From: Eledone cirrhosa
Taxonomy: Eukaryota
Assembly (NCBI GenBank): GCA_964016885.1
Contig: OZ024743.1
Coordinates: 336,722,001-336,786,000 of the forward strand
Length of the DNA: 64,000 bases
Direction: 5' to 3'
In this document: positions 30,616 through 41,161 of the stretch, in pieces
How the letters are laid out: the number at the start of each line of letters is the position of its first letter
Position numbering within the stretch: the stretch's first letter is position 1
The notes under the pieces: model-generated
What the model was told of the DNA's origin: nothing
Seen by the model: the letters and a program-made list of their open reading frames with translations, nothing else
Databases searched by the model: none
Program-made: the position numbers and the translations under genes

Positions 30616-31118
30616 ATCTAGGAGCAGTTTAGGTATGATACATTTTATTACTAATTATATCTAAATGTTCCTTCTCTCTTCATAATGTATTTTTAACTCT
30701 GATACTGGTTCAGTCTAGTTCAACCGGATTGGTCTGTCCCAGTCATTCATTGAGCAACATCGGTGAGGTTGGCACCCTTAACTCACGGTTGGGTGTGGAT
30801 GCATTCATGTATATGTGTGTGTCCGCATGTATCTGTGTGTTTCTAAATATATTGTTAATAACTCCCTCTGGTTGAGTAATCTTTGAAGTGTGGTGGCTGC
30901 TGGAAAGCTGCCATTACTCATACTTCTCGTCTCCTTCACCACCTCTTCTGCGGCTTCGATATAAATACCCCCTCCGCCTCTGTGGTATTTTCTTCGGGGT
31001 TATAAGAGGCTTAGCTCTGTTTCTCGATCGTTATATCGCGTGACTATCTCCCCCTCCGCCTTTTGGAATTCTTTCTCACGTCGTGTAGACGCGTTCTTGA
31101 GACTAGTAAAATGAGGTA

Positions 31119-31208
31119 TCCTCTTGATAAGTCGGCAGACCTCGCAGGGACTCTATATCTTTATGATGTATTGTTTTTGTTTATGCCACGAAACTACGTA
31201 GTCGAGGA
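31119..31208 (+). ncRNA. Type I hammerhead, U3-A8 variant core (copy 2)
   Basis: Same core and stems as copy 1. Confidence 0.75.
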
Positions 31209-31274
31209 ATCTAGGAGCAGTTTAGGTATGATACATTTTATTACTAATTATATCTAAATGTTCCTTCTCTCTTC

Positions 31275-31410
<136 letters not shown>

Positions 31411-31581
31411 AAAAGATGAGTATTGACGTACATGTACGTCAATACTCATCTTTGTCCATTTCTCCGAGGCTTCTTAACCCCGCTATCAGGCTAAATAATT
31501 TCTTTAATTTCTTTAGTCAAAATACGGCGATAGCTTACATTTCTAATAATTTCAAAACAGCTCGCTGTTTCGGAAATATTC

Positions 31582-31700
<119 letters not shown>

Positions 31701-31941
31701 CTGGCTCACCCCTTCCTCACCAACAATATAAAAAGCCCCGGCACCACCACCGACATAGCCAACAACAATAACAGCCAACTACAACAAAAAGTATATTATA
31801 TTATTGTAATGCACTGGGTGATTGCTGGCCTTGTGCCTGGAGTGGAGACAATTATTAATAATTTCATTCTTAAGCCACGCAATGCTCACATTAAGGAACC
31901 ACTCATGATAATAACAATTTTAAAAAAACAACAAAAAGAAA

Positions 31942-34413
31942 ACCCCGTGACCAAGAAATACCGGGATGGCGGCCGACGGGGAATAGCCGTGTCTCTAGGG
32001 GAGAACGACCCCTCTAGTCTTGGTTGACACTCGTTCTAGAAGTGGTAACACGAAATGATTACCCCTTGGCGGATAAGGATAAAACGCGACAAAATAAAGT
32101 AAATGTCTAATGATAAAATCTCATACCGGATCGGCCGTCACCCGGGTAAAAAAGGGCCGCGTCCCTCAGAGAGGAACCAGACTGGGGTCGAAAAATCAGC
32201 TAATGGTTCAAACCTTCCCATCACTTCGGAGCTGGAGACCTCCCATAACCGGAATACTCCTACTGTTGGCCCTCCATGCTCACCACCAAGAAATCCAAAG
32301 AAAAAGAGAGAAAAATGGTCAAGGGAAGATAATAAAGAAGTCCTTGAGGCTTTCTACACTGCCATGTACTACCCATCAAATACATCGAATACAGAACAGA
32401 CATATATCAACTGGAAAAAGAAACATCCCGAAAACAGAGGCTATATTGACAGTAACAAACTAGCCAATATACGAAGAAATATTGTAAGAAAAAAGTTACT
32501 AACTGATATAGAAATTGATCAGATCAAGCTATTAGCACAAAGTCAGCGAAGGGAAAATGAAACATGTGTCAGTGAAAATGAGGTAAACTGTAACACTTCG
32601 AACCCCAGGGTTGAGGCGGAATCACTGGCAACAGAACAAATTAAAGAAAGGAGCGAAAAAGTGGAGGGAGTGCATGCTCAGGATGAAACTCCAAATGAAA
32701 ATAATGAGATCGTAAATGATAAAGAAATGAATGAGAATGAACTTGCCAACTTGAAGGATGAAATTATGATCGAATGGATGAAAATGAAAGAATCTGACAT
32801 GGGGCAACGAGACACCCTCCCTAAGATCCAGAACTCCAAACAGAACCACAAGATAATACACAAGACTAACATAATTCTCAAAAACATTATCATCACAAAC
32901 AAACTAAACATTACTGATTTAAATCATCTCTATTATGCATCGGCTAAAGTCACCACTCATTTATGTGGAGTGAAGATGAAAAAACAAAGGAATTCCCACA
33001 AGAAATCTACTTGGCAAGAGAACATCAATCGCCAAATAAACCTTCTCCGATCTGACATAGAAATTTTAACAAACTATAAAGTAGGTGAACATGTTAAACA
33101 AACTAAACTTAGAAAATTGAAAAAAAAGTACAGTATAAAATCAGCATGTGACAGAGACATGCTGATAGAAATAATCAAGCAAAAAGTGTCGGCCAAAGCT
33201 GCTCGTATAAGGTGCTTTGAAAAACGATCTAGATTATATAAGGACAATAATATGTTCAAAAATAACCAAAGAAACTTCTACAGAAAAATTGGTAAGTCAA
33301 CAATAACTGCTAAATCAATACCACCCAAGGAGGAAGTGCAAGAATTCTGGGAAAAGATCTGGGCCGAAGAAAAAGTTCATAACATACATGCCCCATGGAT
33401 AGACAGACAAATGAAAGATACAGCTCACCTTGAGGAACAAATATGGGAAAATATAACAGTTGAACAGTTGCGCTTGGCTCTAAGAAAAACCAGCAAATGG
33501 AAATCCCCAGGAAAAGACAAAATACAAAACTTTTGGATAAATGCCTTCACAGAGTCTCATGAGCTGTTAGCCCAACTTTACAATGAAATAGTTAAGGAGC
33601 CAGAAAAGATACCATCATGGCTAGTTAACGGCATTACATTCCTACTTCCGAAGAATGATGAGACAAACAATCCCAAAAATTACAGACCGATAACTTGCTT
33701 GACCACAATGTATAAATGTTAACATCAGTCCTAACTGAATACACATATGACCACCTGATAACAAATGACCTATTTCCCATTGAGCAGAAAGGGTGTAAAC
33801 GAGGCTCATATGGCTGTAAGGATCAGCTTCTGGTTAACAAAATGATACTGGAAGATTGTCATAATAGACACAAAAATCTATCGATTGCTTGGATAGATTA
33901 TAAAAAAGCATTCGATAGTTTGCAACACAGTTGGATTGAAAAATGTTTAGAGATTTTCAAAATATCCCCCGTTGTCAGGAGATTTTTGTCATTCAGTATG
34001 AAGACATGGAAAACGACACTCCTTTTGAATAGTGAAACAAAATCACTGGAAGCTGGAGAAGTTAATATTAATTGTGGAATTTTTCAGGGTGACTCTTTAT
34101 CACGGCTTTTATTCTGCATCGCACTTATACCATTAAGTAAAATGCTCAATGAAACAAAACATGGATATAAAGTCTATGACAAAACCATTAATCACTTGTT
34201 CTACATGGATGACCTGAAACTATTTTCAAAAAATGATGAACAATTGCAAGGGCTATTATCCACTGTGGAGCAGTTCAGTGATGACATTAAAATGGAGTTT
34301 GGACTAGATAAATGCGCCAAAGCAACATTCACCAGAGGAAAGCTGCTGAAGAGTTCAGACATTAATCTTGATCGGGGGAACGTGATAAGAGAACTTGATC
34401 AAGAAAAAACTTA
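31942..34413 (+). mobile_element. R4/Dong-like non-LTR element family B, 5' part (5' UTR, N-terminus, RT), interrupted at 34413
   Basis: ORFs 32103..33722 and 33716..34414 (one frameshift): 'WKSPGKDKIQNFW', 'YRPITCL', '[10 protein letters not shown]', 'GIFQGDSLS', 'HLFYMDDLKLF'; 5' boundary approximate. Confidence 0.9.
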
Positions 34414-34428
34414 GAAAGAGGCAACGAC

Positions 34429-34780
34429 TGGATGTGGCCTGCCCATTCGACACGAGAGTGCAAGAAAGGGAGAGGGAGAAAATTAAGCGATACCAGGACT
34501 TAAAGTGGGAGGTAAAAAGGATTTGGAACTGCCATGAAGTCAAAGTGGTCCCGATTGTCATAGGCGCACTAGGTACTATCTCAAAAAGTTTCCAGGGATG
34601 GTTAAAGAAAATTGGTCCTTTCACGCTTTTTGGAACGCTTCAAAAGACATGCTTGCTGGGAACAACAAGAACCCTCCGATACGTCCTGAATATCTGAGGC
34701 TGCAGGTAGTGGCTTGATATTCATCTCAACAAACTTTCCAGTTAACTAACATCAATGACTGAGACTCAAAGAGTAATAAC

Positions 34781-34825
<45 letters not shown>
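34429..34825 (+). mobile_element. R4/Dong-like family A 3' fragment with (TAA)n tail
   Basis: 'DVACPFDTRVQEREREKIKRYQDLKWE..TLRYVLNI'; 3' UTR matches 6762-6830. Confidence 0.92.
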
Positions 34826-34827
<2 letters not shown>

Positions 34828-35075
34828 TTTCTTTATTAACCACAAGGGTTTACATAAAGTAGACATTAAGGACAGTGCAGGACAATGCAGGACGGTACAA
34901 ATGGGCATTTCTGCGTGTAAAAAACAAAAACAGAGGATGTAACAAAAAATAACAATGAAAAATTCCCCAATAGGGGGCAGACTTCGGAGGGACATTTGTG
35001 GAGAAAGCCCAGTAAAAAGCCACAATGACCCTGACCACCAAGGCAAGTGCCCTCTCCCAGTTTTCCACCTTTAGT

Positions 35076-38000
35076 TTACAGATATATACACAGAGTCGGC
35101 CCATTCACTCGGGCCATTCTTGCTTCTCTCACCCATCTTTCAACAAAATGCTGGGAAGAGAGCACTTCCTTCTCTACTCTGATTTTCCTTTTCAAATGAA
35201 ATTTGAAAAAGTCAATCAGAGCATCACCGAAGAGGTAAGTGCTCGTCTTCAGCCCTTTCAAACGTGTCCACCATACTATCTCTTTCGCCATGGCCACCAG
35301 ACAGATAAAAACTGCCTGCCCTTCCCGGCTAAAGGAGGAGGGCGGGGCAATCCTCACGATAGACTCAGATGATAGCTGGATCCGTCCTAAACGCGACAGC
35401 AGGTGTTCGACATAAACCCACAAGTCAGCAATTTTCGGACACTGGACGAGTGCGTGCAGGACGGTTTCGTCGCCCTGCGCGCATCTCGGACATGCCCGGC
35501 TGACGGCACCTCCATGCCTGTAGAGTTTATCCCGAACTGGCAAGGCTCCTCGGTAGCACTGCCAGGCCAGAGATTTCTGGAAGTTGTCCATAGGCCCCGG
35601 CCCGAAAGTTCTTCCGAAGAGATTGGCTAGTTGATTTTCGTCGACGCCTAGAGTTTCCCCAAGTACGTCGTCGCTCTTCCCCTCCACTAATCCTCTATAG
35701 AACGCCGAGGTGGAGTTTCCACCGATCACATTGCCCGATTGGTCGAGGGCTGTGAGCGCCTGAAGACATTCCAGTCTCCAGGCGCTCCCTCTCGGTCTTC
35801 GCTTGACCCAGGACTGCAGCTCCGTCAAGGAAACGAGCTGGGGAAAAACGCGTCTAGCAAACGGCGACCACACCTGATCACCGTCGAGGAAGAGGTGGAG
35901 ATGTCGTAGCCTGAGCGCGTGCCTGCGCATCATCAGCCACGGCATGCCCAGCCCTCCACGTAGCGGGTGTTGACAACAGATGGACCGCCTGACCATCGGA
36001 GCACGTCCCTTCCACAAAAAGCGAAAGAGCAAACGCTCCAGCGCAGTCAGGCGAGGCTTAGGACAAGGTACGACGGTTAGGCGGTAGCAGATGACAGACG
36101 CGATGTACGCGTTAGCCACCTCCGCTCGACCTTTCAGGGATAGCTTCCTCTCCGCCCATTTCTGGGTGAGAGAAGCCACCCTGCTCGTCACCTCGTCCCA
36201 GTTTTTGTCCGTCTGGAGGTCCGGACCGAACCAGACCCCTAGCAATTTAACCGGTCCGTCCGTCCAGCGCCCGACGACGCTGTTGGACGGCATGGACCTG
36301 CCTCTCCAGGTGCCGAGCTGCAGGCCCACTGACTTTTCCTGGTTGATCATTGCTCCTGTCACCGCTTCGTATTCTCTTAGTGTAGTGCCGATCGCCTCGA
36401 TGTGTTTGGCGTTCGACACCACTACGGTGACATCGTCCGCATATGCTGACACGGATCTTCCGCATCCTAGTTCGCGCGGGACTCCCCTCAACGTCTCCAG
36501 TTTGTGCAGTAATGGCTCGAGAGTCAATACGTACAAGAGGGACGAGAGGGGACATCCTTGGCGGACCGAGCGCATGATGTTGAACGGTTCCGACAGGTGA
36601 CCGTTCACTCTCACCACAGAGCAGATGTCGCTGTGCATGGCAGCGATCCAGCCTCTGAAGACGGGCCCAAAGCCAGCCGCCCTCAGGACTGCCGCTAGGT
36701 AACGATGGTCGACCCTATCGAAAGCTTTCGACTGATCTAAATTGATCAAGGACCCACCCGTGCCAGGTTCCCTAGCTACCCTCTCTACGATGTATCGCAT
36801 GAGGTGGAGGTTGTCGTGGATGGATCTGTCGGGAATGGCGCATGTCTGCGCCTCTCCCACCAGACCACCAACGACAAGCGCCAACCTCTTTGCTAGCACC
36901 TTGGCCAAAATCTTAAACTCTGTGTTTAGCAGAGTTATGGGCCGGAAATTGTCTATGTTATCCCCCTTGTTCGGATCCTTTCTCAGCAGTGCCACCGCTC
37001 CTCGGCTCACAGAACTGGGAATTCTCCTGTTCTGTTGCCAGTTGCAGTAGACGTCCGCCAAGAGGCCTCCGAACAAGTCTGGCATCTGTACGTAAAGTTC
37101 ATAGGGCAGACCATCCAAACCAGGCGATTTACCCCTTGTGCAGCCAGTCATTGCCTCCCGTACTTCAGCGGCTGTTATCGGCTTTTCGCAACACTTCGCC
37201 TCAGTGGCCGAGAGCCGCGGCAGTCCGTCGAGGTAGACACTAAAGTCCATCCCTCTACTCGCCCCCCCGCTGCCCCCGAACAGCTGAGCGAAGTGTCGCT
37301 GAAAAGCTTCACACATTTGCCCGGGATCGAGTAGCATGCGCCCGTCGTGGTCCACCAAAGACCGGATCGTGGCTTTGTTGCCACGACGCGCCTCCGCCAC
37401 TCGGGCCCATTGAACGGCTTTCGTCCCCTCGTGTCTGAGAGCACGCACCCTAGCTCTGACAACGCAGCCTTCGTGCTTTGCATTGAAGAATTGGTCAAGG
37501 GCCAATTTCGCCGCAAGCACGTCGGTCGCAATGCCTTTGCTAAGCGCCTCGTCTAATTTTCTAACTAGTTCTCCCTCTGCTCTATTTTTCTCTATTGCTA
37601 AAGCCTTACTAAACCTAATCGATTCTATTCTAATCGCTCTTTTCAGAGCAAACCACCACTTGTTGTTGACGATGGCCCCCGTCAACGCCCGCTTAACTAG
37701 TTCGCTAATCCGGTCTGTGTAGGCCTTGCGCGCTGGTAAGGACGCGTTTAGCTTCCAGTAGCCGGGTCCTCGTCTATGAAGCCTATCTAAGTCAAGCACA
37801 CAGGTCACGAATTTGTGGTCCGTGTAGCTGACTATCTTGAATTGTGGACAGCCTATGCTAGACATATCTATTTCCCTACAAAATACTCTATCTAGATATG
37901 ATGTGGATGACCCTATGCGGTTTGTCCAAGTCCACATTGGCACATTCGGGAAATCCAATCGGTACCTGTCAGACAGTTCAAAACGCCTGAGCAGGTTGGT

Positions 38001-38495
38001 GAGGCTCTTGCACCCTCCACCCCTATCCGCTAATCCCACACAGTCCCAGCGTGCATCTAAGATCCCGTTCCAGTCGCCCACTAACACTAAAGAGCGGGAC
38101 GTTCCAAGAAAGGTCTCCAGACGCCGGAAGAAATCAGGCCGCCCTGCTCCTGTCGGGGCATAGACGGCCACTAGCCTGAAAGCTTGCCCGTCTCCGCTGG
38201 TCACGTCCAGCACCACCAGCTTACCCTCTGGGTCCAGGAAGATGGCCCGTATGGCGAGATCCAAACCTCTCCGAAAAAGCACAGCAACTCCTCCACCCGA
38301 TCCAGGACGGCTGGGAGATGCGTACACATCGTAGCCGCCGAAGATCGGTGCGAAGGCCCGTGCTTCGGAGATTCTGGTCTCGCTGATGGCCACTACATCT
38401 ATGTTTAGTGACCTGAGGTCGTTGAGCAGGTGACCCTGCTTCCATGACGACCCCAAGCCACGCGCATTTATGCTGCCTATTCTGAGTGAGGTCAT
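35076..38495 (-). CDS. ORF2: APE endonuclease + reverse transcriptase + C-terminal zinc motif (intact, 1139 aa)
   Basis: SINARGL, ISETRI, VYAP, GDWN, YLDRVF, TDHK; KSPGLDGLP, FRPITLLN, DQSKAFDRV, VRQGCPLS, YADD; CPRC..ETVLHALVQC. Confidence 0.97.
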   Translation of the reverse strand: MTSLRIGSINARGLGSSWKQGHLLNDLRSLNIDVVAISETRISEARAFAPIFGGYDVYASPSRPGSGGGVAVLFRRGLDLAIRAIFLDPEGKLVVLDVTSGDGQAFRLVAVYAPTGAGRPDFFRRLETFLGTSRSLVLVGDWNGILDARWDCVGLADRGGGCKSLTNLLRRFELSDRYRLDFPNVPMWTWTNRIGSSTSYLDRVFCREIDMSSIGCPQFKIVSYTDHKFVTCVLDLDRLHRRGPGYWKLNASLPARKAYTDRISELVKRALTGAIVNNKWWFALKRAIRIESIRFSKALAIEKNRAEGELVRKLDEALSKGIATDVLAAKLALDQFFNAKHEGCVVRARVRALRHEGTKAVQWARVAEARRGNKATIRSLVDHDGRMLLDPGQMCEAFQRHFAQLFGGSGGASRGMDFSVYLDGLPRLSATEAKCCEKPITAAEVREAMTGCTRGKSPGLDGLPYELYVQMPDLFGGLLADVYCNWQQNRRIPSSVSRGAVALLRKDPNKGDNIDNFRPITLLNTEFKILAKVLAKRLALVVGGLVGEAQTCAIPDRSIHDNLHLMRYIVERVAREPGTGGSLINLDQSKAFDRVDHRYLAAVLRAAGFGPVFRGWIAAMHSDICSVVRVNGHLSEPFNIMRSVRQGCPLSSLLYVLTLEPLLHKLETLRGVPRELGCGRSVSAYADDVTVVVSNAKHIEAIGTTLREYEAVTGAMINQEKSVGLQLGTWRGRSMPSNSVVGRWTDGPVKLLGVWFGPDLQTDKNWDEVTSRVASLTQKWAERKLSLKGRAEVANAYIASVICYRLTVVPCPKPRLTALERLLFRFLWKGRAPMVRRSICCQHPLRGGLGMPWLMMRRHALRLRHLHLFLDGDQVWSPFARRVFPQLVSLTELQSWVKRRPRGSAWRLECLQALTALDQSGNVIGGNSTSAFYRGLVEGKSDDVLGETLGVDENQLANLFGRTFGPGPMDNFQKSLAWQCYRGALPVRDKLYRHGGAVSRACPRCAQGDETVLHALVQCPKIADLWVYVEHLLSRLGRIQLSSESIVRIAPPSSFSREGQAVFICLVAMAKEIVWWTRLKGLKTSTYLFGDALIDFFKFHLKRKIRVEKEVLSSQHFVERWVREARMARVNGPTLCIYL

Positions 38496-38530
38496 GTTTA
38501 AAATAGAGTGGAAAAGATGGGAAAGACCAC

Positions 38531-40627
38531 TTACCGTACTTTTGGTAGAGGAGGGATGGTTTTTACATCCCTTTTCACTTGATCGTCTGGTGAAGGGACC
38601 GTTGAATCGTCCCTTCGGCTGGTCGTCGGCTCTTCTAAGAGAATGTCTGAATATACTCTTCGATTAATGGTTCCTCCTAGGTCCCTGAAATCACCAACTG
38701 CGTTGGGGAATTTCGTTTTAATGTTTGTGTATTGTTTCTGTGCTATTTTTAGCAGTCTTATGTTAGTTGGCGTTTTGATTGGTGCTGGTATTATGTAGTC
38801 CTGTTGTGAAATGTCTGTGTGTTCAATTATGTAAGTCATTAGTTTCTTGTTGTGTGTGTTTATTGCCGTGCATTTGTTTTTCTGGGGGTGGGGTGCGGTT
38901 CTGCTATTTTCTTGTCGTTGTTGCTGGGTGTGTGTGTTTTGTTGTTGTGTTTGCGATGTTGGTGCTTGTGGTGGTGGTGTTGAAGGTGTTGTTGGCGGTG
39001 GGGTTGTCGCCGGTGGTGATGGTGGTGCTGGTGTGGGTGGTGATGGTGTTGGTGGTGTTGCTGCTGTGGGTCTCTTTGCAGTAGACTTTACCCTTTTCTC
39101 ATTTCTTTCCTCCCTTTTCAAAGGCGACGATGCGCTGCTTCTGCGTTTGTGCCTTCTTGCGACCTTTTGCCATCCCTCTCCCACCTCACACTCCATGTCT
39201 GATTCTGTAAGGTCGGGGAGGGGTACCAGCTCCACTCTTTCACTTGTTGTTGTTGGTGATGTTTGCACTGGAGTCTCTGTTGCAGCTGCATTTGGTATTG
39301 CTGTTGTTGTTGTTAATATTTCCACTGCTGCTGCTGTCTTTGATTTCCGTGGAGTGGGTATGGGTGCCACGGACCTATCGTTCCTGGTTGCCGCTTGTCC
39401 TGTTGCTGGTAGCCGTGGAGCCGGATTCGGAAGGAGGGGGGTTTTCTCCTTTCTCAGGGTCTTCTCGTTGCAGAAGGCCCTGAGGTGAGTCTTCGATCCA
39501 CAGCGAAAGCATTTCGGGCGTTTGCCCTCAACACTTATGGGCAGTTGAGTGCCGTTATCGAAGTCTATCACATCCGGGATAGCTTCGATGCACTCCTGGT
39601 TGGTTTGGATTAGCATCTCAATGGAGGAGCCGACCCAATCTTCTCTTACTTTTTTCTGTACTTGCAGTACAGTTGTTTTGTCCTCGATTCCGACGAGGAC
39701 AGACGCGGCCAGCCAAGAAGGGGTCATTCCGGGGGGGACGTGGGTCAGTTTGACCCTCACAATTTTTTGCCCACAGTAGGAGGGCACCAACACCATTTCC
39801 TCGCTCCTTAGGGTCACTACTGATTGGGCCTTTGCCTCCTGGGGTGTGGCAAAAAGTACGTCTACGGTGGCATATTTTTTGCCTCGGGTGATGTGCGTTT
39901 TCCGCTGCCACACAGACCCCAAGGCTTTTTGTATTTGGGCCTCTGTGGCTCTTTCCACCCTACGGGATTTTGTACTTACTGTACGGTACGTGACCGTACA
40001 GTGCTCTTGGGTTTCGAAAAAATTTTTCGCTGCCTTGCAGATTGCTCGGTGTCCGTTCTTTGTCACCATCTTCTTCGCTTCCTCTAATTCCTCATTTGTT
40101 ATGAGGATTGTTTCCAAGTTTTTCGCAATACCTGCAAATGAGATTGGTTTTTCTCTGCTGTTGTTGTTGTCGTCAGAGCTGCTGGTACTTTTGTTGTTGC
40201 TGCAGGTACTACGACTACTGCCTCCGCCGCTGTTGCTGTGGTTGTTGTTGGTGTTGCTGCTGCTAATGCTGTTGTTGTTTATGCTGCTGGTGATGCTGTT
40301 GCGGCTGCTACTGTTGTTTTCATTGTCACTGTTGCTGTTGTTATTACGGCTGCTACTGCTATTATTCCTGACGTCAGACGAATGAACTGGGTTTTCGTAT
40401 TTCCCGCACACCTGTTTCGTCGCTGTCGTCGTCGTCGTGGAGAAACCTTGCACGCTTTGCACGAGACTTTTCTTTTCTTTCGTCACTTGCGAAAGAGAAG
40501 GGAGGGAGAGAGACACATTTAAAGAAGGGAGGGAGAGAGACAATCTTCTCTCTGCTGTAGTGATGATTGAGGAAGAAGAAGACGGAATGAGTGGGAGTGA
40601 CGTATGAAATTTCTTTTTCGTAGCCAT
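38531..40627 (-). CDS. ORF1 gag-like protein, single CCHC knuckle (698 aa)
   Basis: CFRCGSKTHLRAFC; N/S-rich and P/T-rich low-complexity tracts; directly upstream of ORF2. Confidence 0.9.
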   Translation of the reverse strand: MATKKKFHTSLPLIPSSSSSIITTAERRLSLSLPSLNVSLSLPSLSQVTKEKKSLVQSVQGFSTTTTTATKQVCGKYENPVHSSDVRNNSSSSRNNNSNSDNENNSSSRNSITSSINNNSISSSNTNNNHSNSGGGSSRSTCSNNKSTSSSDDNNNSREKPISFAGIAKNLETILITNEELEEAKKMVTKNGHRAICKAAKNFFETQEHCTVTYRTVSTKSRRVERATEAQIQKALGSVWQRKTHITRGKKYATVDVLFATPQEAKAQSVVTLRSEEMVLVPSYCGQKIVRVKLTHVPPGMTPSWLAASVLVGIEDKTTVLQVQKKVREDWVGSSIEMLIQTNQECIEAIPDVIDFDNGTQLPISVEGKRPKCFRCGSKTHLRAFCNEKTLRKEKTPLLPNPAPRLPATGQAATRNDRSVAPIPTPRKSKTAAAVEILTTTTAIPNAAATETPVQTSPTTTSERVELVPLPDLTESDMECEVGEGWQKVARRHKRRSSASSPLKREERNEKRVKSTAKRPTAATPPTPSPPTPAPPSPPATTPPPTTPSTPPPQAPTSQTQQQNTHTQQQRQENSRTAPHPQKNKCTAINTHNKKLMTYIIEHTDISQQDYIIPAPIKTPTNIRLLKIAQKQYTNIKTKFPNAVGDFRDLGGTINRRVYSDILLEEPTTSRRDDSTVPSPDDQVKRDVKTIPPLPKVR

Positions 40628-40842
40628 GTTGTTTTTTGTTTAAAATGAAATTTTGGGTACAAAACCCCAATAACTGATTATTTAACCCCGAAGGGCCAAA
40701 TAACGGACAGAAAGACCCCTCTCACGAGGAGGAGGGTGTCTTTATCAACAATTTGGTTCAAGTTTTAAACAATTTACAATTGTTTTAACGGTTAAAAATT
40801 ACTATACCTTACAGAGCCGAGCCTCCGTCAACCATGGCATTC

Positions 40843-40901
<59 letters not shown>

Positions 40902-41161
40902 TTTCTTTATTAACCACAAGGGTTTACATAAAGTAGACATTAAGGACAGTGCAGGACAATGCAGGACGGTACAAATGGGCATTTCTGCGTGTAAAAAAAC
41001 AAAAACAGAGGATGTAACAAAAATAACAATGAAAATAACAATGAAAAATTCCCCAATAGGGGGGAGACTTCGGAGGGACATTTGTGGAGAAAGCCCAGTA
41101 AAAAGCCACAATGACCCTGACCACCAAGGCAAGTGCCCTCTCCCAGTTTTCCACCTTTAGT

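Larger units (their letters stand above)
34826..40842 (-). mobile_element. Full-length Tx1-like (L1 group) non-LTR retrotransposon, copy 1
   Basis: ORF1 + ORF2; 3' AATAAA then (ATT)n; 5' end gaatgccatgg. Confidence 0.95.
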
